23,650 nucleotides of DNA, from positions 64,001 to 87,650 of the forward strand of contig CAZOMG010000017.1 of NCBI GenBank assembly GCA_964580875.1. The letters are read 5' to 3'. The stretch comes from an uncultured bacterium. Lineage in GTDB: Bacteria; Muiribacteriota; Ozemobacteria; Ozemobacterales; Ozemobacteraceae. Both the position numbers and the translations under genes were made by a program. A model generated the notes under the pieces. It was not told where the DNA came from. It saw only the letters and a list, made by a program, of their open reading frames with translations, and did not search any database. How positions within the stretch are numbered: the stretch's first letter is position 1; the number at the start of each line of letters is the position of its first letter. This document shows, piece by piece, positions 1 through 8,216 of the stretch.

Positions 1-265
1 CGGGGTCAAGCATGCCGATGCGGTAATCAGCGGTTTGCCCTGGGCGGTTTTTTCAGAGGAACTTCAGGATGACATTCTTTATGAGACGGTGGCCAGCCTG
101 AAAAGGGGCGGTATTTTCACGACTTTTGCCTATCTGCACGGCCTGTTGCTGCCCTCGGGCATCAGGTTTCGGCGCAAGCTCGAAAGGTATTTTTCTGAAG
201 TCAAAACCAGCCCGGTTGTCTGGAACAACATCCCACCGGCGCTGGTTTACTGGTGCCGCAAATAG
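1..265 (+). CDS. C-terminal fragment (open from window edge) of a probable class I SAM-dependent methyltransferase (COG3963 phospholipid N-methyltransferase-like)
   Basis: The reading frame is open from base 2 (GVKHADAVISGLPWAVFSEE...), so the gene starts upstream of the window. The LKRGGIF and AVISGLP motifs resemble the post-motif-II region of small SAM methyltransferases. Stop at 263-265. The family call is from memory, not a search. Confidence 0.4.
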   Translation, partial: GVKHADAVISGLPWAVFSEELQDDILYETVASLKRGGIFTTFAYLHGLLLPSGIRFRRKLERYFSEVKTSPVVWNNIPPALVYWCRK

Positions 266-266
266 G

Positions 267-2732
267 CTAGCGGTCGGTGGCAGCTTTTTTTAATGTGGCC
301 TCTGCTTTGCCGTCGATAGATCTGATATGCAGGTCGTGTTGCGGAAACGGAATTTCAATACTGTTCTCACGGAACAGCCTTTCGATTTCGTAATTGATTT
401 CGTTTTTGACTTTCAGGCGAACATCAATGTCGGCAACCCAGGCACGCAGTTCAAAATCAAGTGAGCTGCTGCCAAAATTCATAAAATACACAGCTGGTTC
501 AGGAAATTTCATGACGAAAGGGTTTTCTTGAGCGATTCTCAGTAGTATCTGGGTAACCTTTTGCACATCAGATCCGTAGGCAACCCCAATCTGTATAATG
601 AGCCTGGTCTGGCGGTCAGAGAGAGTCCAGTTGATGACGGTGCTCGAAACCAGATCGCTGTTGGGCACAATCATTTCTGAGCGGTCAAAGGTTTCGACGA
701 CCGTTGCCCGCAGACCCAGATTTTTTATGGTTCCCCATTCGCCTTTGATCTGCACGATATCGCCGACTTTAATCGAGCGCTCAAAAAGCATGATGATGCC
801 GCTGGCGAAGTTATTAACGATATTCTGCAGGCCGAAGCCGATACCGATGCCCAGCGCCCCGACGATTACGGTCAGGTTCTGAAGGCCGATGCCAATGGTC
901 GAAAGCCCGGTGGTAACCGCTAGAACTATGAATGCGTAATGAATAAGGCGATTGATCGAAATACCGACCCCACGCTCAACTTTGCGCCTTGGGTAAACTT
1001 CTTCTTCGAGAAGCCGCTGCAGCAGCCATGAGATGGTCAACGATGCGTAGACAATGACGATTGCCCAGATCAACATGCCGAGTGAAAGCCGGTAGCCCTC
1101 GAGTGAGATGCCAAAAGCGAGCAGATTCTCGGCGGCCAGCCAGATACTGTCGAAAAAGCCCCAGATTGACAGCATCGCGGCCAAAGCAAAAAAGACGACG
1201 ACCGTATCGATGATGACGCTGGTTCGCTTGATGAACAAATGGTAATGCCGGTTGATCAAGTCGTATTTGCGCACGAAACTGTTGTCGAACAGGGCATCAA
1301 CAATGCCTCTGAGCACCAGATTGATCATCCAGGCCACGACCCCGATAAATACAGTTTTAATAGTTACGTCGAGCAGGTGGTTGGAAAAAGCCACGTAACC
1401 GGCAGCCTGCGACAGAAACACCATTGCCAGCGAAGCGCCACCCGTTTTAACCCCGGCGACGAAGGTCATTGATCTGCCTTCTGCCTGGTTGACCCTGGCA
1501 CGCCAGAAACAGAGCATGGCCCCCGCCAGGCCGACGGCCGCCGTAAAAACCCGCATGGCCGGAGCCGGCAGTGCAATGAAAGTAAACAACTGAATGGTCA
1601 GATATAGCGTGACAATGAAGTAGAGAAGGCGCCGCCGCCAGGTCAGGCTGATCAGCCCACCGATCAGCCGTGCTGAAGATATTGAGATCAGGCCGGCAAA
1701 CAGCAGCTGAAAAAGCTTCGGAACGGATTCAAAGAGCGGCATCGGCACCAGCAGGCCAAGCAGAAAACTTGCTGACCATGGCCGGGCAACGATAAAACCG
1801 AGTTTGAATTTATCAAGATCGCGGTCTTTCTGACTGCGCAGAAACCAGGCGGTTCCGGCAATGAAAAAAATCTGCAAAAACAGCACCCAGCCAAAAGTTT
1901 GAAAGAATTTGCGGTCAGGCAGCTCAAAACTGGCGATGCCCAGCCAGAATTCTTCCCATAGGGCTTTGTCGAATTGCATGACAAAGGTTGGGGTGAACAT
2001 GGCCGGCCGGGATTTTCGAAAAAGATCCTTGCGCATCTCACTCATCAACCGGTCAATATCGCTCAACTGCTTTTGCGTTTCGCGCTGAAGTTCGATGACC
2101 TGCTGCTGAAAATTTACCAGCGGCGCTTCGATACCTTCAAGCTTGCCCCGGGCGACGGCGATGATTTCACTGGCATTAGTTACAACGTTGTGCAGCGATG
2201 AACCGGTTTCGGCGGGCAGCGCATTTTTCTGGTTCTGCCAGACTTTTTCGTTTTCAGCCCATTTCTGCTTGAGGGTTTCGCTTTTAACGAGTCTTTCTGA
2301 GATGTAGCGTGCGTGGCGGCCGATGGCATCGATCAGGGCGCGAATTTCGCTGCGCAGCCCGGAAATTTTTTCGAAGCCGTAACTTCCGGACTCCCTGACT
2401 TCGACAAACTGCTGCTGCTGATCATGGAGTTTTTCTTTGTGAATTTTGTGCTCGGCGAGCAGTTTGCTGACGTCGGTTAATTCGGTAATAGTTACGTAAA
2501 GGGCGTCAACTTCGTCTTTCAGCGCTTCAGCCTTTGGCAATACCTCAGCCATCGAATCATTGGCGTTGTCAGGGGTGGTAGAGGCATTGATCGCGGGCAT
2601 CTGCAAGGGCAATGGCCCGATAAACTGGCTGAGATCGATCATCTGAGCCGTTGCGGGCTGACACGCAAAGAAAGCGTGCAAAATCAGCAAAATCAGGCAA
2701 AATTTTGCCAGAAACAAATATTGGCGCGGCAT
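267..2732 (-). CDS. MscS-family mechanosensitive ion channel with large N-terminal periplasmic coiled-coil domain (MscK/YbiO-like), 821 aa
   Basis: ATG at 2730-2732 with an AGGAGA Shine-Dalgarno 6 nt upstream. N-terminal signal peptide, then a long coiled-coil region (LKDEVDALY, QQQQFVEV...). About 10 TM helices follow, then a canonical MscS pore/beta domain (GIGFGLQNIVNNFASGIIMLFERSIKVGDIVQIKGEWGTIKNLGLRATVVETFDRSEMIVPNS). Lies 59 bp downstream of the Ehr-like operon on the same strand. Confidence 0.85.
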   Translation of the reverse strand: MPRQYLFLAKFCLILLILHAFFACQPATAQMIDLSQFIGPLPLQMPAINASTTPDNANDSMAEVLPKAEALKDEVDALYVTITELTDVSKLLAEHKIHKEKLHDQQQQFVEVRESGSYGFEKISGLRSEIRALIDAIGRHARYISERLVKSETLKQKWAENEKVWQNQKNALPAETGSSLHNVVTNASEIIAVARGKLEGIEAPLVNFQQQVIELQRETQKQLSDIDRLMSEMRKDLFRKSRPAMFTPTFVMQFDKALWEEFWLGIASFELPDRKFFQTFGWVLFLQIFFIAGTAWFLRSQKDRDLDKFKLGFIVARPWSASFLLGLLVPMPLFESVPKLFQLLFAGLISISSARLIGGLISLTWRRRLLYFIVTLYLTIQLFTFIALPAPAMRVFTAAVGLAGAMLCFWRARVNQAEGRSMTFVAGVKTGGASLAMVFLSQAAGYVAFSNHLLDVTIKTVFIGVVAWMINLVLRGIVDALFDNSFVRKYDLINRHYHLFIKRTSVIIDTVVVFFALAAMLSIWGFFDSIWLAAENLLAFGISLEGYRLSLGMLIWAIVIVYASLTISWLLQRLLEEEVYPRRKVERGVGISINRLIHYAFIVLAVTTGLSTIGIGLQNLTVIVGALGIGIGFGLQNIVNNFASGIIMLFERSIKVGDIVQIKGEWGTIKNLGLRATVVETFDRSEMIVPNSDLVSSTVINWTLSDRQTRLIIQIGVAYGSDVQKVTQILLRIAQENPFVMKFPEPAVYFMNFGSSSLDFELRAWVADIDVRLKVKNEINYEIERLFRENSIEIPFPQHDLHIRSIDGKAEATLKKAATDR

Positions 2733-2791
2733 TATTAATCTCCTGCACCCACTCTAGCAAAATTAGATTGAATCTTGCAACACTATCCGGC

Positions 2792-3550
2792 TTAAATGCG
2801 GCCCATAAACCTGAGAATGCCTTCGAGAATGGTCCAGGGGTTCGGCGGGCAACCGGGAATATAAAGGTCGACGGGTATCAGGTCGCCGATTCCGTCGTTG
2901 ACTTCACTGTTGCCCCTGAATAACCCGCCCGAAATAGCGCAGGCGCCTGTGGCAATCACCACTGAGGGTGAAGGCAGGGCGGCATAAGTTTTTTGCAGCG
3001 CCAGTTTCATGTTCTGGGAAACTGGCCCGGTAACCAGCAGTCCATCGGCGTGCCGTGGCGAGGCGACGAACTGAATTCCGAACCTGGCCAGATCAAAAGT
3101 TGGGGTGCCAAGAACGTTGCAGTCCGCTTCGCAGGCGTTGCAACCACCGGCACTCACCTGGCGGAGCTTGAGGGAACGCCCGAAAATACGCTTGATTTCA
3201 GCGCCCATGGCTTCGGCGGTTTTAAATTCGCTGCTGCTGATCAGCAGATCGTTTTTGTGGCGTGCCGCCAGAGAAAATTCGCGGCTGAAACTGATCAGCT
3301 TGGCCGGGCAGGCTGGCTCACAGGCGCGACAGAAAATACAGCGCCCCATGTCGATTACCGGGCGGTGGTCTGAACCACAACTGACAGCACCGGTGGGGCA
3401 GACATTAATACAGGCTGTGCAGTCATTCTGGCATGTGCCGGTCGCAATCATGGGGCGGCCAGTATAGCGTGGCGCCATTTCCGGTATTTTATCGGGAAAC
3501 GGGAAGGTACGATACTGTTGGTGCAAGCGGGCTTTAAGAATCTGCAGCAT
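2792..3550 (-). CDS. Fusion protein: 2x[4Fe-4S] ferredoxin domain (HyfH/HycF/NuoI-like) + group-4 hydrogenase small subunit / NuoB-like domain (HyfI/HycG-like), 252 aa
   Basis: ATG at 3548-3550 with a GAGGT Shine-Dalgarno 6 nt upstream. The N-terminal half has two CxxCxxCxxxCP motifs (CQNDCTACINVCP, CIFCRACEPACP). The C-terminal half matches NuoB/HycG (ASPRHADGLLVTGPVSQNMKLALQKTY...VIATGACAISGG...DLYIPGCPP) and has CNAC (CxxC) in place of the complex-I CC motif, as in group-4 hydrogenase small subunits. All four proximal-cluster Cys ligands are present. Confidence 0.85.
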   Translation of the reverse strand: MLQILKARLHQQYRTFPFPDKIPEMAPRYTGRPMIATGTCQNDCTACINVCPTGAVSCGSDHRPVIDMGRCIFCRACEPACPAKLISFSREFSLAARHKNDLLISSSEFKTAEAMGAEIKRIFGRSLKLRQVSAGGCNACEADCNVLGTPTFDLARFGIQFVASPRHADGLLVTGPVSQNMKLALQKTYAALPSPSVVIATGACAISGGLFRGNSEVNDGIGDLIPVDLYIPGCPPNPWTILEGILRFMGRI

Positions 3551-3558
3551 ATTTTACC

Positions 3559-5058
3559 TCACAGGTCGTGGCCGCAATAAGAGAGGTTGAAGCTCTTGTT
3601 GCACAGCGGAAAGTCAGATATTTCCTGGTTGCGCAGCGCCAGAGCCAGGCCAAACCAGTTATGAAACGAGGGGTCGGTAATTTTGTAGGTCTGAAGCTTG
3701 CCTTGCGCGTCGGTAACCGCCACATGGCAGATTTCGCCGCGCCAGCCTTCGGTGAGGCTGACACTGATTGACGAGGCCGCCATTTTCAGGGGTGTGGTGT
3801 TACAACCGGCCGGTTCAGCTGATATATCGGCAAGCATGGCTCTGATGAGCCGCAGTGATTCTTTAATTTCAAGCCAGCGAATGGTGGCGCGGGCGTTCAC
3901 ATCGCCGCACCGGCCGATTTCGATGAGCGGAACAGCGGGTGGGTAATCTTCATAGGCTCCAAATGGATGAGAAAGACGAACATCGGTCAGAAGTGCGCAG
4001 GCACGGGCCGCTGGCCCTACCAGGCCGATGGTCACGGCGTCTTCCTGACTGACATGCCCGGTTTCATCGAAACGCGATACTACCGAAGGGGTGTCCCAGA
4101 TCAGGTCGATGGCCGAAATCAGGTCAGCCTCAATCAGTGTCAGTTTATCGAGAATCTGCTGTTTAAGGGTTGCGTCGATATGGTAACCGACGCCGCCGGT
4201 CTTGACCAGACCTCTGCCGAAGCGGTTGCCGCAGATAAGGCCAGTCGTGTTGAGCACGTCGCCCCTGATGCGGCCGCAATAAGATGAAGTCGGCAGAAAG
4301 CCGACATCGCCGGCCATGGCGCCGAGGTCGCCGGTATGGTTGGCGATGCGCTCAAGTTCGAGAGCTATACTTCTGATCAGACTGGCATTTTTGTCTGGTT
4401 TAAGGCCGGCCAGGGCCTCGTAATTCATGGCAAAAGCGGTTGCGTGGCCGATACTCGTATCACCGGCCGTGGCTTCGAGCAGGCGGATAATTTTTTGGGG
4501 AGTTGCGGTGGGAATTGCTTTTTCTATGCCGCGATGCTGGTAGCCAAGCTCAATTTCGAGATGAAAAACCTTTTCGCCGTGGCATTGAAATCTGAAGTGG
4601 CCGGGTTCGATAATGCCGGCATGAACAGGCCCAACCGCAACTTCGTGAACTTCTTCGCCATTGACTTCGAAGTAGTCGGTGACGCCTGGCGAAATCTCGC
4701 GGTTCTGACCGGCCCGGGGCTGAAACCGTATCGGCTTGAGCCAGGGGTGGCCAAGCATTTCGATGCCGTGTATTTCCGCGATTTCGCGTTCAAACCAGTG
4801 GGCCTGCGGAACCTGGGGTGTGAGTGCCTTGAATTTTCGACCACATTGGCAGGCAAACAGTTCTAACTCTGTTGTTTCGTCATCGGCAACAATTGCAATC
4901 ATGGTTGGCTGCTCACCTGGCAGCACGAACAGCGAGGCCAGGCGCACGCCTTTCTGGGTCAGGGTAATCAGATGCTGCCGAAAGCCTTCGATTTCCATGA
5001 CCGGCAGTCGATCTAATGTTGCGCAGGTGCCGTTTTTAATAGTCAGCTGGTTTTTCAC
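3559..5058 (-). CDS. NuoC-NuoD fusion / HycE-HyfG-like large subunit of an energy-converting-hydrogenase-related (Ehr) complex; lacks the cysteines at the N-terminal [NiFe] motif position and the canonical C-terminal CxxC; 499 aa
   Basis: GTG start at 5056-5058, overlapping the upstream stop (GTGA), with a GGAGGTG Shine-Dalgarno 7 nt upstream. N-terminal 30-kDa-subunit-like domain, then GPVHAGIIEPGHFRF and GYQHRGIEK, the hallmark motifs of NuoD and group-4 large subunits. Where RxCGxCxxxH is expected the protein reads EATAGDTSIGHATAF (nt about 4432-4476), with no Cys. The C-terminus reads DFPLCNKSFNLSYCGHDL, a C-x8-C spacing in place of DPCxxC. Confidence 0.85.
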   Translation of the reverse strand: MKNQLTIKNGTCATLDRLPVMEIEGFRQHLITLTQKGVRLASLFVLPGEQPTMIAIVADDETTELELFACQCGRKFKALTPQVPQAHWFEREIAEIHGIEMLGHPWLKPIRFQPRAGQNREISPGVTDYFEVNGEEVHEVAVGPVHAGIIEPGHFRFQCHGEKVFHLEIELGYQHRGIEKAIPTATPQKIIRLLEATAGDTSIGHATAFAMNYEALAGLKPDKNASLIRSIALELERIANHTGDLGAMAGDVGFLPTSSYCGRIRGDVLNTTGLICGNRFGRGLVKTGGVGYHIDATLKQQILDKLTLIEADLISAIDLIWDTPSVVSRFDETGHVSQEDAVTIGLVGPAARACALLTDVRLSHPFGAYEDYPPAVPLIEIGRCGDVNARATIRWLEIKESLRLIRAMLADISAEPAGCNTTPLKMAASSISVSLTEGWRGEICHVAVTDAQGKLQTYKITDPSFHNWFGLALALRNQEISDFPLCNKSFNLSYCGHDL

Positions 5059-6617
5059 AGTATTGCACCTCCGAGAAGGGTGGCTGCCCCGTTGATGGCG
5101 GTTCTGAAAGAATCAGGCAGATAGAAGCCGAGCACTACAGCCGCCGACAGAAAAAAGACCGGCGTGATCAGCTGTAACACAGTTTCGCTAACCTCGTGTT
5201 CTTCGGCCGGAGCATGGTGTCTGCCATGTTTTCGGGTGTGTTTATGTGGTGAATCATGGTCGTCACGGTGATGATCACCACTGGATAAGGGCTTTTCGGA
5301 TTGAACGCCCTGGGTCATCTGCATAAAAATGGTCAGCATGCCGATGAAGACGATCAAGAGAAACAGCAGGTAGAAAGCGGCGATATACCAGCTGCGGGTG
5401 ACCAGCGCAGCACGCAGAATGGTGAATTCGCTGATGAAAGTTCCGAAGGGTGGTGTGCCGGTGATGGCCAGAAACCCTGCCAGCCACAACATGCCTGTGT
5501 AAGGCAGGCTTTTCAGCAACCCGGTCACCTTTTCTACCTTTTTGGTGTCGAATGCCGAAAGAATATTGCCGGCGAGCAGAAAGAGCGAAGATTTGACCAG
5601 TGAGTGGCAGATGGCGTGCAGCATGGCGCCGGCGATTGCCGCGCCACCCAGACCGATACCGGTGGCCAGGATTCCCATGTGCTCGACGCTTGAATATGCG
5701 AGCATCCTTTTATAATCGGGCTGATGTAGAATAAAAATGCCCGAAACGCCCATTGAGACGATGCCGGCAATGACAAGAAGCTCAGATGCAAAAGCGGCGG
5801 TGGCGGGCAGGGCGACGCAGACCTGATAAATGCGAAGAATACCGAGAAAGGCACAGTTCAGAAGGCCCCCTGAAAGCATAGCCGATACGGGTGACGGCGC
5901 TTCGCTGTGGGCATCTGGAAGCCAGGTATGCATTGGCGCAAGACCCATTTTGGTGCCGTAACCCACCAGAACAAAGATAAAGGCGACCTTCAGCCACCTG
6001 ACCTTGAGATAGCCGGCGTAAAGAACCAGCCCGGCGGGGGTAAAGAGCTCAACATGATGCGTAGCGGTCATCGCCAGAAAGAAAACACCCATCAGCGCCA
6101 GCGCGATGCCAACTGAACAGATAATCATGTATTTCCAGGCGGCTTCGAGCGAGCGTCGGCTGCGGTGATAATATATCAGCGGTGTGCTTGCCAGGGTCGT
6201 GGCTTCGATGCCGATCCATTGCAGGCCGAAGTGCATACTGAGAATCGCCAGACTCATGGCCGCGAGAAATAACTGCATACAGGCGGCATAGATGGCGTTA
6301 CGGTTTTTGAGAAACTGCCAGTTGGCAAGATCAGAACCGTCTTCTTGCGGGTGTTTGTCGAGGTAGACCATTGAATAGATGGCTGAACCGGCGAACAGCA
6401 GACTGGTCAGCGACAGAAAAATTCGGGTAAGGTGGTCGACGCCGAGCCAGACGCCGTTCAATTCTCCGGCGTCGCCTTTGCAGAGGCGAATGACCAGAAA
6501 AAGATGCACAAAGGCGACTATTACAAGGATATTCTTGCGCAGGCGCTCTGAATCAATAAATAACGAAATAATGCCGGTAATTACCGGAAGAATGATCAAT
6601 GCCCAGGCGGTATTCAT
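5055..6617 (-). CDS. Antiporter-like membrane subunit, HyfF/NuoN/NuoM (MrpD) family, with a His-rich insertion loop, 520 aa
   Basis: ATG at 6615-6617 overlaps the upstream stop (ATGA). The protein is polytopic, with the conserved TWLPDAHSEAPSPVSAML motif typical of proton-pumping NuoL/M/N-type subunits. A His-rich segment (SSGDHHRDDHDSPHKHTRKHGRHHAPAEEHE, residues about 445-475, nt about 5193-5285) precedes the last TM helix. Confidence 0.8.
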   Translation of the reverse strand: MNTAWALIILPVITGIISLFIDSERLRKNILVIVAFVHLFLVIRLCKGDAGELNGVWLGVDHLTRIFLSLTSLLFAGSAIYSMVYLDKHPQEDGSDLANWQFLKNRNAIYAACMQLFLAAMSLAILSMHFGLQWIGIEATTLASTPLIYYHRSRRSLEAAWKYMIICSVGIALALMGVFFLAMTATHHVELFTPAGLVLYAGYLKVRWLKVAFIFVLVGYGTKMGLAPMHTWLPDAHSEAPSPVSAMLSGGLLNCAFLGILRIYQVCVALPATAAFASELLVIAGIVSMGVSGIFILHQPDYKRMLAYSSVEHMGILATGIGLGGAAIAGAMLHAICHSLVKSSLFLLAGNILSAFDTKKVEKVTGLLKSLPYTGMLWLAGFLAITGTPPFGTFISEFTILRAALVTRSWYIAAFYLLFLLIVFIGMLTIFMQMTQGVQSEKPLSSGDHHRDDHDSPHKHTRKHGRHHAPAEEHEVSETVLQLITPVFFLSAAVVLGFYLPDSFRTAINGAATLLGGAIL

Positions 6618-7288
6618 TCGTCTGCCTCCTCAACCACCGTAGCGGCAATTTCAAGGTCTGAAAGTTCGTTGAAGCGGTCGGCATCAAGGTGATCAAATTC
6701 ACGGTCAATATGGAAAAGCATGATGCCCATGAGGAAAATTCCGACAAAAACGTCGAGCAGAATGCCCAGTTCAACCATCGTTGAAAATTCGCTGCCAAGA
6801 CTCAACCCGGTGGTGAACACCCCGTTTTCGAGCACCAGAAAGCCGAGGGTCTGGGTAAGCGCCTTGCGACGGGTCATCAGAAGCAACAACCCTGAAAAAA
6901 CCAGAAAGAAGCCGCAGGTAAGTGCCACCGGAGATGCGATCGGGTCGGTTTCCAGCAGGGTGCTGACGATCCAGCCAGAAACGGCCAGAAGAAAGACACC
7001 GCACAGCATCGAGGCGCCGAAGCTGATAAAGGGTTCAATTTCGCGTTTGGTACCTGAGACAATCATGGCTTTATTGAGCAGCCATGGCAAAAGCCCGCTT
7101 TTCAAAACGATACTGGTAATCGAGAGGATGACCAGACCTGGGGTGAGATGCCCTGGCCCGACTGCGAACAACTGCAGAAGGCCAAGCAGCAGACCCTGAA
7201 AAGCCACCATGCGGATTGCGACACGCAGGCGACTCGAACCGAGCAGTAACAGGCATGATAATGTAAGTAGTGTAGCGATGCTGTTCAT
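6614..7288 (-). CDS. HyfE-like small membrane subunit (NuoK-related) of hydrogenase-4-type complexes
   Basis: Hydrophobic protein of about 224 aa. LGFLVLENGVFTTGLSL matches the conserved FGYxLMENG region of E. coli HyfE. The ORF track starts at a TTG at 7309; an ATG at 7286-7288 (MNSIATLL), 7 nt after the HyfC-like stop, is the more likely start. The stop overlaps the next start (ATGA). Confidence 0.65.
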   Translation of the reverse strand: MNSIATLLTLSCLLLLGSSRLRVAIRMVAFQGLLLGLLQLFAVGPGHLTPGLVILSITSIVLKSGLLPWLLNKAMIVSGTKREIEPFISFGASMLCGVFLLAVSGWIVSTLLETDPIASPVALTCGFFLVFSGLLLLMTRRKALTQTLGFLVLENGVFTTGLSLGSEFSTMVELGILLDVFVGIFLMGIMLFHIDREFDHLDADRFNELSDLEIAATVVEEADE

Positions 7289-7295
7289 GATATTT

Positions 7296-8216
7296 TCAGT
7301 TCCCTGCAATCTTGAGAATCAGAGCAATAATGGCGAGAGCGCCAGAACCGACAATGAATTTCGGAATATGAATCAGCCGCATTCTGGCGATCGTTGATTC
7401 AATCATGCCGATCAAAACGGCAACCAGAAACATGCCTGCTGCGAAAACCGGAAAATGCAGCAGGGTTGGCATGGCCGGAGTGCTGATCACCAGCCCGACC
7501 AGAAGACCCGAAAACAGCCAGAGTTTATAGGCCGCGGCGTATTCGATCATCGCCAGATCCTTGCTGCTGTAATCGAGAATCATCACCTCGTGAATCATCG
7601 TCAGTTCAAGATGGGTGTTGGGGTCATCGACCGGAATTCTCGCATTTTCGGTGAGCAGTACGATCATCCAGCTCACGGCGATCAGCAGCATAATGGCAGG
7701 GTTCTGTTGCCAGTGCCCGGGCGACAGTTCGGCAAAAATGCCCGAGATACTGAGACTGCCGGTTTCGTATATCAGCACGAGCAGCCCGCAGAATAGCGCC
7801 GGCTCAGCAAGGGCGCTATAGAGCACTTCACGGCTGGCGCCCATTCCCTCAAAGGCTGAACCGCGGTCAAGAGCCGCCGTTACCATAAAAAACCTCGCAA
7901 TGCCCAACAGGTAGGCCATAAAGATGATGTCACCCGAAAAAGTGCAGCAGGCCGGGTTGAAGAAGCCGGGCATCAGCAGGCCGGCACCGATGGTGGCGAA
8001 GAAGATCGCGAAGGGTGCGAGTCGGGTGAGCAGCGTTGCGGTGCGGCTATAGGTCGCTGATTTGTGCATCAGTTTAAACAGGTCAAAGTAGAGCTGGGTA
8101 ACCGGGGGGCCCTTTTTGCCGCCGAAGAAGGCTTTGACCTTGTTGATAATACCCGGAAACAAAGGGGCAAGAAACAGCGACAATATAAACCAGAGGATCG
8201 ATGTGTTATTGATCAT
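7296..8216 (-). CDS. HyfC/HycD/NuoH-like membrane subunit (respiratory-chain NADH dehydrogenase subunit 1 family), 306 aa
   Basis: ATG at 8214-8216 overlaps the upstream stop (ATGA). Eight-TM protein with the NuoH-like N-terminus (PLFPGIINKVKAFFGGKKGPP...) and the conserved TMIHEVMILDYS and ELSPGH-type motifs. Confidence 0.8.
   Translation of the reverse strand: MINNTSILWFILSLFLAPLFPGIINKVKAFFGGKKGPPVTQLYFDLFKLMHKSATYSRTATLLTRLAPFAIFFATIGAGLLMPGFFNPACCTFSGDIIFMAYLLGIARFFMVTAALDRGSAFEGMGASREVLYSALAEPALFCGLLVLIYETGSLSISGIFAELSPGHWQQNPAIMLLIAVSWMIVLLTENARIPVDDPNTHLELTMIHEVMILDYSSKDLAMIEYAAAYKLWLFSGLLVGLVISTPAMPTLLHFPVFAAGMFLVAVLIGMIESTIARMRLIHIPKFIVGSGALAIIALILKIAGN

Noticed and set aside
266-300. 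Bidirectional terminator between the convergent methyltransferase-like fragment and the MscS gene
   Set aside because: The T7 tract at about 284-291 lies inside the MscS coding 3' end, and I could not form a convincing stem. The two genes are only 1 nt apart, so any terminator would have to be intragenic.
598-882. Numerous 60-200 aa ORFs on the opposite strand or in alternate frames inside the large genes (for example 598-882, 1688-2041, 4336-4866, 8511-9134, 17587-17970, 18445-18984, 19966-20331)
   Set aside because: They are fully embedded in long, well-supported CDSs with clear family motifs. They have low-complexity or Arg/Pro/Ser-rich shadow-ORF composition and no Shine-Dalgarno or domain signal.
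3559-5058. Calling the NuoCD-like protein a functional [NiFe]-hydrogenase large subunit (HycE/HyfG)
   Set aside because: No Cys at the RxCGxC position and no C-terminal DPCxxC. The retained C-x8-C is non-canonical, so the Ehr-type assignment is preferred. A residual metal site cannot be excluded from sequence alone.
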